From positions 1 through 29,714 of the IMG/VR virus record IMGVR_UViG_3300046779_001063: a stretch of DNA of 29,714 nt. One strand, given 5' to 3'. Below are positions 7,746 through 18,099 of this stretch, one piece after another; positions within the stretch are counted from its first letter, which is position 1; every line of letters starts with the position of its first letter. The translations under genes and the position numbers were made by a program. Source of the stretch: a virus (Duplodnaviria; Caudoviricetes). A model generated the notes under the pieces. That model did not search any database, was not told where the DNA came from, and saw nothing but the letters and a program-made list of their open reading frames with translations.

Positions 7746-10315
7746 TTAATCTGTCCTTTTAATTCTTCTACTTCAGATTTCAATTCTTTAATTGCCTCAA
7801 TCAATAGAGGAACAAGTTTCTCATACTGAACTGTTAGATACTCATCACCGATTGGAGCAGAAACAACAACCTCAGGTAATACTTTTTGCACTTCTTGTGC
7901 CGAAACACCAACTTGTTGTTTGTCACTATAACCTAATGCTTTAGCAACATCGTTTGGCACAAAATAGAATCCTGATAGTGCGGCAACTTTATCTAAGGCA
8001 TTTTCGATAACACCCAATTTAGTTTTCAAACCATCGTCAGAGTATCCTGCCGTAATATCTCCTGTTGCACGAATTTCACCTGTAGTACCTGATGCGGCTG
8101 TACCGACACCTAATGAACCAAATTGTGGTGCACTACCTGTACCAAGTCTTGCGGCACTAAGAGTTCCTGTTGTGATATTGCCAGCATCATTAGTGTATGC
8201 TTTAGCGGCAATTAAGGCAGCACCAGTGTTCGCTTGACGATTTGTTATCTCATTACTCAATGCAATGTTTACTGCACCAGTATTTGCGAGTGCACCATCA
8301 TATGCGGATTTAACGGCATTTGCTGTAGCAGCCGCAGTCGTGCTTGTGTTGGAAACACTATCAGCAAGTTGAACAACACCCTTAACTGAAGTTGTTGCAT
8401 TAGTTACTTTGTTGCCTGATAGTGATGTAATCCAACTTGGATCGGAATATGATCCGTTTGTGTAAACACCGTTTGTTACTGTTCCAGCATTACCTGAAAT
8501 GTTGTGATTGAATGTATTACCAGACAAGTTCAAAGCAGCCTGAACATATGCTGTTGTAGCAAATGTTGTGTTGGATGTATTGGCATTCTGAGTAATGCCT
8601 AATGCATTACCTGTGAATGTTGCTCCAGTCAAAGCCGCTTTTCTTGATTCCAGACTATCAATCGCCAACTGAATTGTGTTTGCCGAAGAAGGAATTGATC
8701 CTGTTACTGGTCCATATGTGATATTGTTTGCATAATATTCATATGTGGTATAACCATCAATTTCAACCAATATTGGAGAACCAGTTTTTGGCGCTTCAGA
8801 GAACATAACTCTGGAGTTAGAAATGTTGGCAGTATATTCCGATGCCATTTGACGAACACCGTCAATATAAACTCTCAACTGAGTGGTGTCAGAGAATGTC
8901 GGTGTAGCATAGTGATATCCTGCACCATTGCCGGTATATGACAATCTTGTGGTAGCAATTCTTGTTCCTGGTGATGCACCACCACCGCCGCCAGTGCCGC
9001 CCGCTGCCCAATAGAAACTACCAGGACCACCTGTTGTCAAAACATATCCTGAAGTTGTTCCTGTAGGCAACAATGCAGTTAGTGCAGATTCTGCCGATGT
9101 TGCACCTGTACCGCCTTGTGAAATTGGCAATGGTGCAGTCAGAGACAAACTAGCAAATGTAGGTGTAGCAGTAGTTCTTAAATCTTGTGGAGTGCTGATT
9201 GTTAATGTGTTGGATGAACCAGCAACAATCATGCCGTTATTTGTAGCGAAAGAAATTACACCATTACTTGGTGTCACACTTCCTGTTGTGCCGTTAAATG
9301 TATTTGATGCTAAGTTAGCAACTTCAAAAGCGGCATTTGCTTTTAAGTATGGACCGATTGTGCTGTTATCGGCATAATTTTTTGTCACCCATGTTGATGG
9401 GAAATTTGTATTTGAAACTGACGATAAACTTGCGCTAATAATATTAGCAGTCAAAATTCTGGAGAATGATGTTGTGTTGTCCGAGTTATCTACATCACGG
9501 ATTTCCCAAAGTTTGCTATCTTCTGTCCAACGAATGTATGAGTTTGCATTTACAGTTCCTAATGTAGATGTTGTGTTTCCACGATATACACCAAGATATG
9601 CATATCCTGCTGTAACAGGAGTGTTTGTGCTTAGGATGAAAGTATCTGTATCATAAACGATATCACCAGTTAGAGTGAAATTGCCGTCAACGGACAAGTC
9701 GCCTGCAACAGAAACATCATTATCAAAAGTTGCTGTGCTAATCGCATGAAAAACACCGCCAACATCCATTCTACCGACTGTTCTTACTGCATCAGCATAA
9801 ACTAAACCTGATGTGTTTAAGTTTCCTGTTGTGGCGTTTCCTGTAACAGATAGAGTTTTTCCGACTGTAACAGTATTCGCAACTCCTAAAAATCCTGTAT
9901 TTGTTGTTCCTACAACGACAGTATTTGAATTTACTGTGATTGTGTTTGCTAAAATTGTCTCTTTAACTATCACACTTCCATTTGAAGTGACATTGTTTGC
10001 GACATATAAAGCATTTCCTGGACCATAAATTGAAACAACACCGCCGACACCTAAGTTACCTGTTGCAGTCTCTTGGGCACCCAAACTAATTTCTTTACCA
10101 ACAGTAACATTAGTTGTGAATAATGCTGTGTTGGTAACTTGAAGTGATGTTCCAATAGAATCAATAATTACATTAGACGCACCAGTGAACTCTAGTGTGC
10201 CGGATGTTTTAGTGTAATCACCAGTTTCAATAGTGTTGATAGCATTCGCCGATAAATTGGTCTGAATTCGCCATTCATCAACTGTGTTTGTTCTTGTAAT
10301 GTTTGTTATTGACAT
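7742..10315 (-). CDS. Tail fibre protein with C-terminal intramolecular chaperone (Peptidase_S74-type)
   Basis: C-terminus YSDDGLKT...ALDKVAALSG...VGVSAQEVQKVLPEVV...YLTVQYEKLVPLLIEAIKELKSEVEELK matches the autocleaving chaperone pattern; fibre repeat ATTSVKGVVQL; V.GN-type beta repeats. Confidence 0.88.
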   Translation of the reverse strand: MSITNITRTNTVDEWRIQTNLSANAINTIETGDYTKTSGTLEFTGASNVIIDSIGTSLQVTNTALFTTNVTVGKEISLGAQETATGNLGVGGVVSIYGPGNALYVANNVTSNGSVIVKETILANTITVNSNTVVVGTTNTGFLGVANTVTVGKTLSVTGNATTGNLNTSGLVYADAVRTVGRMDVGGVFHAISTATFDNDVSVAGDLSVDGNFTLTGDIVYDTDTFILSTNTPVTAGYAYLGVYRGNTTSTLGTVNANSYIRWTEDSKLWEIRDVDNSDNTTSFSRILTANIISASLSSVSNTNFPSTWVTKNYADNSTIGPYLKANAAFEVANLASNTFNGTTGSVTPSNGVISFATNNGMIVAGSSNTLTISTPQDLRTTATPTFASLSLTAPLPISQGGTGATSAESALTALLPTGTTSGYVLTTGGPGSFYWAAGGTGGGGGASPGTRIATTRLSYTGNGAGYHYATPTFSDTTQLRVYIDGVRQMASEYTANISNSRVMFSEAPKTGSPILVEIDGYTTYEYYANNITYGPVTGSIPSSANTIQLAIDSLESRKAALTGATFTGNALGITQNANTSNTTFATTAYVQAALNLSGNTFNHNISGNAGTVTNGVYTNGSYSDPSWITSLSGNKVTNATTSVKGVVQLADSVSNTSTTAAATANAVKSAYDGALANTGAVNIALSNEITNRQANTGAALIAAKAYTNDAGNITTGTLSAARLGTGSAPQFGSLGVGTAASGTTGEIRATGDITAGYSDDGLKTKLGVIENALDKVAALSGFYFVPNDVAKALGYSDKQQVGVSAQEVQKVLPEVVVSAPIGDEYLTVQYEKLVPLLIEAIKELKSEVEELKGQIK

Positions 10316-10554
10316 TATTCTTTACTCTGTTTCAACAATGTGGTTAATAGAGATTTGATTTCCTGCATATCTGACGATAGACTATCAACCTGAGATTTTA
10401 AGTTATTTATCTCGTCATTTTTACCGTTTATTCTTTGTGCCAACTTTTTTCTTGCTTCATTTTCAGCCAGAGCCGAGCGACCCGTCATCAACAGGGCGCC
10501 CGTTCTGGTATCTTTAACAAAGTTGGTTCCTTCGACCTTCAGATATTGTGTCAT
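10315..10554 (-). CDS. Small hypothetical protein with C-terminal coiled coil
   Basis: 79 aa, overlapping both neighbours; KVEG...KDTRTGALL N-terminus and EINNLKSQVDSLSSDMQEIKSLL heptads, a type often found after the DUF4815 gene in T4-like phages (recalled). Confidence 0.75.
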   Translation of the reverse strand: MTQYLKVEGTNFVKDTRTGALLMTGRSALAENEARKKLAQRINGKNDEINNLKSQVDSLSSDMQEIKSLLTTLLKQSKE

Positions 10555-13500
10555 TCTGCTGGTGTTGCGATGATACGCAAATCTCGGACTGAAGGAACAA
10601 TTGCTGGATCACTGGAAGTCAATACAATCTTAATAGCGAATGTTTTGAAATCCGAGTATGTAACACCGTTTGTGCCGGTGTAAGTTACTGCATTTTCTGT
10701 GGCAGATGGACGATATTCATAGTCACGATATGAACCATCCAACGAAGGTGTTGTTGTTGGATTGATACATACCATTTTCTGGTATGGTCTATCATTAAAC
10801 TTTGTCGAATCTGAGTCGGACAAAATCTTGTAGAATACAGAAACTTCGGAACTACCAGGCTTATTCGCACCCAAGAAGACACGCAAATCACCAGCATCAT
10901 ATCCGTCTGCCAACTGGATTGGCTTAGTGATGTAACGGGCTAAACATGGACCGCCAGAAGAATCATATTCACTATTCAAAATAATGGTTGCTGGAGTTGT
11001 AGGATGAGTGTAGTATGAAATCTCAAAATCATCCAAATAACCAGAACCACCAGATGTTACATAAACACCAATAACATTTCCGTTAGCGTCAACACGAACA
11101 TTAGCATTAGCGCCAGAACCTAGTGCGCTAGTAACTGTGATTGTGTTAGCGTTGCTGTATCCAGAACCTGGTGCAATAATAGTAAAATCTTCAGAGTTAA
11201 TCTCTGCGTTGTCGATATAGTTTTCCCAAATGTTTAGATATAAACTTTCTTCGGAAACAACAGGAGAAACTGCATCACTTGTGGTCGACATTTCCAATTT
11301 AACTGTAAAGTCATTGGAATTTTTCACTTGTTTTCTGCGGTAACCCACAGCATACAAATCGTCATCCGCATATGAATATGTTTGACCAGGAGAGATTGTT
11401 CTATATGAAGTCTCTTTAGTTCCTGTTGAAGTTGTAGCAACAATAGAATGATTCAATGTTGTGACAGACTGTGAAGGAATGATTGATGTTTCAATCAAAC
11501 GGAATTTATCAACATTTGTATTTGCGTAAACCAATTCACCATTTACATAAATTGGATTGCTGATAGCCTCACTCTTCAAGAAGAAGTTGCCTGTCGATGT
11601 GGAGAATTTACAACGATTCAAACGGAACATCAAATCTTCATTCAAGAATGGAACATATTCCATTGTATTTTGTGACTTATACAATGTTCCCATGTATGGT
11701 TGCTTGTCAACATATTCATTGTTTGTTGTTGTGCCACCTTTTTCTGCTTCCCAAACTGTATAGTCAGGAGAATCAGTAATAACTACCAACGCATATAGAC
11801 CTGGTTTCAAGTATACAGGAATATCAAACTTGAAGTTTGTGTATGTTGAAGAATCAGTTAAACTTGGAGATTCTGAAACATTAATTTCAGAAGGATATTT
11901 TGTCACAACAGATTCCGGATACCAGTAATCTGTATGTGGTGCACCATTAACAGTTGGACGAATTTGAATTGTCACAGGAATATTCTCATCATCCTTAGCA
12001 CGGAAGAACAAGTCTGTACTGTCCAAGAACACACCATGAGGATAAACTTGAGGATCAACATAGAATGTTTGTGCAAGCGGATCTTCAGAATAGTATAAAG
12101 ATTCACCAGACAATACAGAACCGACCAAACGAGTGGAAGTTTGTGTTCCAACAATCTTATAGTCCACATCGACATTCAAAACTGTATCAACAAGTGTTGT
12201 TTTGTTTGCAGTTAACCCGGATGAAACATATGTCTTATCTGCATATGAAATAGAATCAGCGTCATATGTGTTATTGAACGATTCTGTGACACGGAAGTTT
12301 CTTTGACCTGAACGGAATGTTGCAGATGGCATATAGAATGCACCACCAACTTGTCCAAGTTTATTAGATTTGTTTGTTCCAAAACTATAAACAAACTCAT
12401 CTCCAACATAAGCATCTGCACCAACAACGGTCGCAATCTTGCTTGTTGCATTATAGTTGGCAACATTGAAAGAAGCACCAACACCAATCATGTCGGCAGT
12501 ATTGTGTACCAAATACAAAGTATTGCCAGAAATATTGTATGAAGGAGCATCGTTAGCCAATGTAATCTGTGTTGCAGTAATATTTCTAGTTACGCCAGAA
12601 CGATGGTCTGTAACAGAGGAAATTGTGAAATAATCTCCGCTATCTAAACCATAAACATATTTGCCAGCCAAGTCTTTGCCTGTTTCGTTAATAATAGAAA
12701 CATTTGCGGAACCTACTTCACTCACTACTACGAATGCTGGATCATATGATGTTCCACCAGACAATAGTGATGCCAAGTTGGCGGTCAAATCGGCAATTGT
12801 GTTTGCAATAAGAACTGGTTCACCTTGAGCAAATGATGTATTTGCATTCAATGTGACTTTGTTTGGAACAATAACATATTTGTTGACTGCAACATCATCA
12901 AAGAATGAATACATTACTGTGCTTGGTCTCAATCCTTCTGAAGAGAACAACACTTGCTTAGGTTTCATGTAAGGCTGAATAGCCAAGTCTGTAACAAAAG
13001 TTCCAACATCTACTTCAGATGAAGAAGTTGAAATTTGTTTTTGTTTCAGTTGTGCACCTGCGGTCAAATATGTGTTGTCATTAACAGGATTAAAGAATCC
13101 TAAATTATGACCTGTACCATATTTTGCTTTATCTTCAGCAGAAAGTCTACGACTATATGAAATTGATTTGTCAACTTCGGCTACTGTTTTGTACCATTTA
13201 CTATCGGCAACTTGTGCAAAAGGACTATTTTTATCTAAGTTCCAAGTAGGATTGTTATCCGCAATATATTTCAATGCGCTATTCACAAAGTTAAATGCAT
13301 TACTCAAACCTTGAGTGGAATTTAGTGTGACCTTTGCTGTAGAGCCTGTATCAACATCACCAGTGAACTCTGGGAACAATTTAGTTGTACCTCTAAAGTT
13401 AGCAAACAATGCATCAGCAATCGCTATAGACTTTGTTGCATATGGCTGTTTAGCAAAATCTGTAGATGTGTATGACAACATCATAACCTTTTTGCTACCT

Positions 13501-16500
13501 GTTCCAGCATATTTTGTTGAACCGGTGAATAATGAATTGTTTGCATCCAACTTGATGGTTCGCATCAATGATGCTGGATATAGACTACCAGAATCAATCA
13601 AGTTTCTATTATCAAAATCTACCTCTTCTTTAGGCGCTTGAATATTTTTTGTTGTGAAATTATCAACAACAATACCATACTTAGAACGCTCTAGACCGTT
13701 TGCATCCAAAATCTTTGTAGATGCCGCATCTTTTTCGAGTGTGCTTAGTGACACATAATATTCAAGACCACGAATTCTATCATCAAATGCCTGAATATCG
13801 CCCATAGTATATCTGCGGTGATTTTTGAAATCTGCACGAACTTCTTTAACTGTTTCTGTATATGCTGGGATAGACAATGTGTAAATTAACATGTCTTTAG
13901 AATCCACTGGAGGAGCAATAGGAGAAACTGCGGATGCACCTTTAATGATTGCAAATTCTTTAGAAGATTTCACAACAACTTGGTCAATACGAGGCAAGTA
14001 ATAGTCGTAACTTGTTGTAATTTGCTCAAGAGGTTCTGGATTCAATGCGCCTGACAATGTTGTTCCACCAATAGAACGAGTTGGACGGAAGTCAAAAGCA
14101 CCTCTTAATGATGTTACTTTATTGTCTTCGGGATTATTGAATACGGAAATGTCTCCATATGAAAAATTGGAACCTGTTTGTAGATATGAATCTACTGTAA
14201 ACAAACCATTACCACCAGAGGCTGGTGCGGCAATATGTTTCAAATATTTGTATTGAACAAATACACGACCTACTGGTGCAGAGTAACCACGCTTCAATTT
14301 AATTGTTGCATGGTCATAGTGAGTTTTTCTCTGACCATTATCAAACTCGTAACTGCTTGTGATATCATAAGTTGTAGTTAACTGTGCTGTCGTTACGTTT
14401 GCGCCAGTATTTTTCGAATCGTAAATACCAACAATCTCATAAACATCAGGAACTTGTAGACTTACTTCTTTGCCTGGTGTTCTCAAGTCGGTTAGAATTG
14501 TAGCATTATCAAAGTTTGTTGCGCCAACGGAAGTGAAAATTGCACCGCCCGCAAAATATGTTACTGCTCCAGATGTGTTAGCGGCCTCTAATGTATTAGC
14601 GCCTCCCATTTCACTTGGAACTTTCGCATGTAAGTTTGCGCCAGTTGTTAGAGGAATTAATTGTTTACCTCTAGTTGAACCTGTAGAGCCGTCTTCCGCA
14701 TTATTTACTTTTGTTGTAATCAAGAAATCCACATTAACGTTCGGAACAACCAAATTAACTGTGAATTGTGTTGAAGATACTGCGGTAACTGTAAAGTTGT
14801 TGTTTGCTAAACTCAATGCTGTGTTGGCATAAATTCCATACATTGTGTTACTTGTTGTTCCACTACGAACGAAACAAATAATGTTGTTTAGAATTTGTGT
14901 GTCAGAAATTGTTCCTGGAGTTCCAGAGAATGCAAATGTGTCTGTACCGCCAGCATTAATTGTAATTAGACCTGAGCCACTTGTTGTTCTATTCAAATAT
15001 GATTTTCTAGCATAGAAGTCCATGTTAGAAATTGTTCCACCTTTGATTGCCTCATTAGGTGTATCGAAAATCAATTTTGAACGTTTTGGTTCATAAATTG
15101 AAGCGAATCCTGTAGATGCTTCAATAGAATCGGAATTAATATTTCCAGCAAATGCCAAGTATGTTCCATCACTAGAAACTAAAGAGCCTGCGTTTCTGAA
15201 ATCAGATTCAATCGAAACTGTGTTTGATGCTGGAGCCCATGGTAGTGCTGATGCCAAGTTCATTGTTGTTGTGTTTGAACTTGTAATCAGAATAGGAGCA
15301 ATAGATGTGCCACCAGAATCCGTGATACGGAAATACATATTGGCGTATGCATTCAACGGCAAAGATGAATTGAATGCAGTAGGAATTTTAATTGTTGTTG
15401 TGCTTGAACCAGATGCAGGAATAGTTCCTGTTATTGGTGCAGTATTAGCATCAAACAAATTGATTGTGAAGGAATGTGTATTTCCCAAAGTTGTGTCTGT
15501 AGAATCGTTATAACGAATCATATCAGCACGAACTGTACCAATCTTTGTTGAATTGTATTTTGCCGTAGTTGAAACATCAATACTTGCATGTGGTACATTA
15601 TGGATATCCAAAGATGGGAATGTTGTGATATCCAATGTGCCACGAACAGACTCCAATACAATCGAACTTTCATAATTTGTAGGCAAGTCATAGTCTGCAA
15701 CATTAGAAACTGCTCTAGCGCGGTCAACTTCAATAGTGGTCGGAGCAATAGTTTCAAATTCATAACCACCAACATACGCTTTACCTGGATCCAATACCAC
15801 ATTGAATTTGCCATTAGCGGAATCGCCTTCTTCTAATGAAATTACAAATGGATCAACTGTGTAGTTTCCTGATTCATCAAAAGTGCGGCGTGCTAATGTT
15901 TTTTCAATCTCGCTGTAGACAGCATAATCAATCTCTTTTGTCTTTACATCCTCAACTAAACGAACAATTTCAAAGAATGTTGAAGTGTCAGCCGAATCTA
16001 ATGTTCTCTTCGCTAATGAAGTTTGAATTTGGAAACGATTTGCACCTGGCGCTTGATAGTTAAATGCACCTTGTGCTGGATCCAACAGAGATGTATCGTC
16101 AATCTCATCAATAATTTGCTCAGTAAATTCAATACCAATCTTATATGATGGTTTAATATTTACTGTAGATGTGCCGTAACCAATGCGATAGAACAATTCC
16201 ACAATTAAGAATTGTGGCGTAACTTTAACAAATTGACCTTTGAAATAGTAAACACCCTCTTGCAAACTAGCAACAAAAGAACCACCAACAGCGGCAGTAG
16301 ATTTTAATTGTGCATATGTGCTAACACCCTGAATCTTCAATTCATCAGATTCTGCAAATACATCGCCGCTCAAATATTTAACAACCAATACAGGATTAGT
16401 TGTGGTTGTATCAACAGCAATAACTTTAGCACGAACTTGTTTTGTTGAGTTATATGAAGTAATAACTTTATTCAAAAAATCGGATGCTACAATATCTTGA

Positions 16501-16748
16501 TTGTTATATTGACTTTCCAAGATGATGTAGTTGGCTTTTCTATCTAAAGAAATCTTACCACCGATGATTGGACTACCACTCTTAAAGATGTGGTTACCAA
16601 ATTTTTCAATTTGATTGGCGAGGATTGTCTGTAGTTGTGTTAACTCACGTGCTTGAACCGAATAACCTGGGCGGAACAAAACACGCATGAAGTTTTTATC
16701 TTCATCAAAGTCATCGTAATATGGGTCGTAATTGAAAAGAGTTGTCAT
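10551..16748 (-). CDS. Large virion structural protein, DUF4815/VrlC-like
   Basis: N-terminus PYYDDFDEDKNFMRVLFRPGYSVQARELTQLQTIL.NQIEKFG.HIFK.GS; internal APGANR, LARRTFDESGNY, YTMGDI...RI..LEYY.SL..LE and DPLAQTF motifs; C-terminal FAIKIVL....P..RDLR.IA; GAGGA SD. Confidence 0.88.
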   Translation of the reverse strand: MTTLFNYDPYYDDFDEDKNFMRVLFRPGYSVQARELTQLQTILANQIEKFGNHIFKSGSPIIGGKISLDRKANYIILESQYNNQDIVASDFLNKVITSYNSTKQVRAKVIAVDTTTTNPVLVVKYLSGDVFAESDELKIQGVSTYAQLKSTAAVGGSFVASLQEGVYYFKGQFVKVTPQFLIVELFYRIGYGTSTVNIKPSYKIGIEFTEQIIDEIDDTSLLDPAQGAFNYQAPGANRFQIQTSLAKRTLDSADTSTFFEIVRLVEDVKTKEIDYAVYSEIEKTLARRTFDESGNYTVDPFVISLEEGDSANGKFNVVLDPGKAYVGGYEFETIAPTTIEVDRARAVSNVADYDLPTNYESSIVLESVRGTLDITTFPSLDIHNVPHASIDVSTTAKYNSTKIGTVRADMIRYNDSTDTTLGNTHSFTINLFDANTAPITGTIPASGSSTTTIKIPTAFNSSLPLNAYANMYFRITDSGGTSIAPILITSSNTTTMNLASALPWAPASNTVSIESDFRNAGSLVSSDGTYLAFAGNINSDSIEASTGFASIYEPKRSKLIFDTPNEAIKGGTISNMDFYARKSYLNRTTSGSGLITINAGGTDTFAFSGTPGTISDTQILNNIICFVRSGTTSNTMYGIYANTALSLANNNFTVTAVSSTQFTVNLVVPNVNVDFLITTKVNNAEDGSTGSTRGKQLIPLTTGANLHAKVPSEMGGANTLEAANTSGAVTYFAGGAIFTSVGATNFDNATILTDLRTPGKEVSLQVPDVYEIVGIYDSKNTGANVTTAQLTTTYDITSSYEFDNGQRKTHYDHATIKLKRGYSAPVGRVFVQYKYLKHIAAPASGGNGLFTVDSYLQTGSNFSYGDISVFNNPEDNKVTSLRGAFDFRPTRSIGGTTLSGALNPEPLEQITTSYDYYLPRIDQVVVKSSKEFAIIKGASAVSPIAPPVDSKDMLIYTLSIPAYTETVKEVRADFKNHRRYTMGDIQAFDDRIRGLEYYVSLSTLEKDAASTKILDANGLERSKYGIVVDNFTTKNIQAPKEEVDFDNRNLIDSGSLYPASLMRTIKLDANNSLFTGSTKYAGTGSKKVMMLSYTSTDFAKQPYATKSIAIADALFANFRGTTKLFPEFTGDVDTGSTAKVTLNSTQGLSNAFNFVNSALKYIADNNPTWNLDKNSPFAQVADSKWYKTVAEVDKSISYSRRLSAEDKAKYGTGHNLGFFNPVNDNTYLTAGAQLKQKQISTSSSEVDVGTFVTDLAIQPYMKPKQVLFSSEGLRPSTVMYSFFDDVAVNKYVIVPNKVTLNANTSFAQGEPVLIANTIADLTANLASLLSGGTSYDPAFVVVSEVGSANVSIINETGKDLAGKYVYGLDSGDYFTISSVTDHRSGVTRNITATQITLANDAPSYNISGNTLYLVHNTADMIGVGASFNVANYNATSKIATVVGADAYVGDEFVYSFGTNKSNKLGQVGGAFYMPSATFRSGQRNFRVTESFNNTYDADSISYADKTYVSSGLTANKTTLVDTVLNVDVDYKIVGTQTSTRLVGSVLSGESLYYSEDPLAQTFYVDPQVYPHGVFLDSTDLFFRAKDDENIPVTIQIRPTVNGAPHTDYWYPESVVTKYPSEINVSESPSLTDSSTYTNFKFDIPVYLKPGLYALVVITDSPDYTVWEAEKGGTTTNNEYVDKQPYMGTLYKSQNTMEYVPFLNEDLMFRLNRCKFSTSTGNFFLKSEAISNPIYVNGELVYANTNVDKFRLIETSIIPSQSVTTLNHSIVATTSTGTKETSYRTISPGQTYSYADDDLYAVGYRRKQVKNSNDFTVKLEMSTTSDAVSPVVSEESLYLNIWENYIDNAEINSEDFTIIAPGSGYSNANTITVTSALGSGANANVRVDANGNVIGVYVTSGGSGYLDDFEISYYTHPTTPATIILNSEYDSSGGPCLARYITKPIQLADGYDAGDLRVFLGANKPGSSEVSVFYKILSDSDSTKFNDRPYQKMVCINPTTTPSLDGSYRDYEYRPSATENAVTYTGTNGVTYSDFKTFAIKIVLTSSDPAIVPSVRDLRIIATPAE

Positions 16749-16758
16749 TTATTCCTCG

Positions 16759-18087
16759 TTAGAAACTCAAGATGAAACGAATTCGTTCCGTTTGTGCAGG
16801 GTCTCTCGTAATTGGTAACTTGTCAGATATGTATAAGATTTTTCCAGAGTATAAATCTAATGTTGGATCGACATTAGAATTAATCACACGAATAGCGCCA
16901 GAATTATATCCTTTGATTGCTTGGTTAACTTGTAATGATCCTCTAGTGTTATTCACATATAGGAAGTTCTCAACCTCATCAAAAGAAATTACATCCGCAG
17001 TAAAAGTTGCTTCAGCAAAAGTTGCACCTTGATAAACAATTTCATCATTATTGAAATCGCCAACACCAGGAGAAACTTTTATTTTATTATAAAGTGTATA
17101 AGAAGAATCTGTGGCAACAGTTGTTGTATCCGCTTCAAAAGGATTTTGAATAATAACTATTTCACGGAAGTCGTTATCTGTGGGCAAATTTCCAGATTCA
17201 TCTTGTGCGAATTCCACATTAAACATGATAGTCTTTGCATTCAATTCATATACAGGATCATATCCATGTCCGTCATGTGGAGCAATAGAAACAGTGGCTG
17301 CGGCTGAAGTTCCAACACCACCAGAAACATCCGAGAAAATTAAATTTGCATATGTGTATCCAAGACCTCTATCTTGAATAATGATATCTTGGACATGTCC
17401 AGAAGAAACATTTGCCTTGAGAATTGCGCCAGAACCATCTCCATCAACAGTAATGATATCTTGTGTTGTTCCATCAGTATAGTTGTTACCTGAGTTTGTC
17501 ACAGTAACAATATCAATAGAGCCTCCTAATGCGGCAGCACGAACGAATTTGTTGAATGAAACTGGCATCCATTCGTCATTCAAAAACTTCTGCTTTTGTG
17601 ACGAGGTTAGTGTATACATGTATTTCCACTTATAGCCATCCGATGTTTCAACATACGGCTCTTCTAGTGATGTTGTGGAAAGAGTTAGTTCAGGTTCAGT
17701 AGTGGATGCAGTTCCTACACTAGAATTTGCCAAGCATTTGAATACTTGATCCTTGGTGTTTAGAACATAAAAATTGGAATTTGCCAGATAAGTGTTGTAA
17801 ACTGTATTGGAAGTCCAGTTAATTCTAGGAGCAACTAATGATGCATTTTCCAGAGAAATTTGTTTAGCGTAAATTCCTCTTCTATAGTAGTCGTTGATGG
17901 ATGCATCATCCTCTGTTGGTGTACCAGCGTATTCTGTCCCTGGATTCCAAACTAAATGTTTGCCTATGAATGCGTAAATGTATGATTTTCTTGAAGCAGG
18001 AAGATATGAGTTTGCACTCAAATCTAATAAATTGTAGATTTGTTTTGCTAAAAGAATTTTGAAATTTTTTGTGATTAATGCAGACAT
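16759..18087 (-). CDS. gp8: Baseplate wedge subunit gp8-like
   Basis: PRINW..NTVY..Y, FYVLN...QVFKCL.N, SDGYKWKYMY, GHG.DPV.EL, NDFREI and C-terminal SGKILY....PITR...QTE.I..I..F motifs; position after gp6 and gp7. Confidence 0.85.
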   Translation of the reverse strand: MSALITKNFKILLAKQIYNLLDLSANSYLPASRKSYIYAFIGKHLVWNPGTEYAGTPTEDDASINDYYRRGIYAKQISLENASLVAPRINWTSNTVYNTYLANSNFYVLNTKDQVFKCLANSSVGTASTTEPELTLSTTSLEEPYVETSDGYKWKYMYTLTSSQKQKFLNDEWMPVSFNKFVRAAALGGSIDIVTVTNSGNNYTDGTTQDIITVDGDGSGAILKANVSSGHVQDIIIQDRGLGYTYANLIFSDVSGGVGTSAAATVSIAPHDGHGYDPVYELNAKTIMFNVEFAQDESGNLPTDNDFREIVIIQNPFEADTTTVATDSSYTLYNKIKVSPGVGDFNNDEIVYQGATFAEATFTADVISFDEVENFLYVNNTRGSLQVNQAIKGYNSGAIRVINSNVDPTLDLYSGKILYISDKLPITRDPAQTERIRFILSF

Positions 18088-18092
18088 GTTAT

Positions 18093-18099
18093 TATTTAT
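18093..18099 (-). promoter_or_regulatory. T4-like late promoter motif ATAAATA
   Basis: GATAAATA overlaps the gp7 stop codon and lies 5 nt before the gp8 ATG. Confidence 0.55.
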
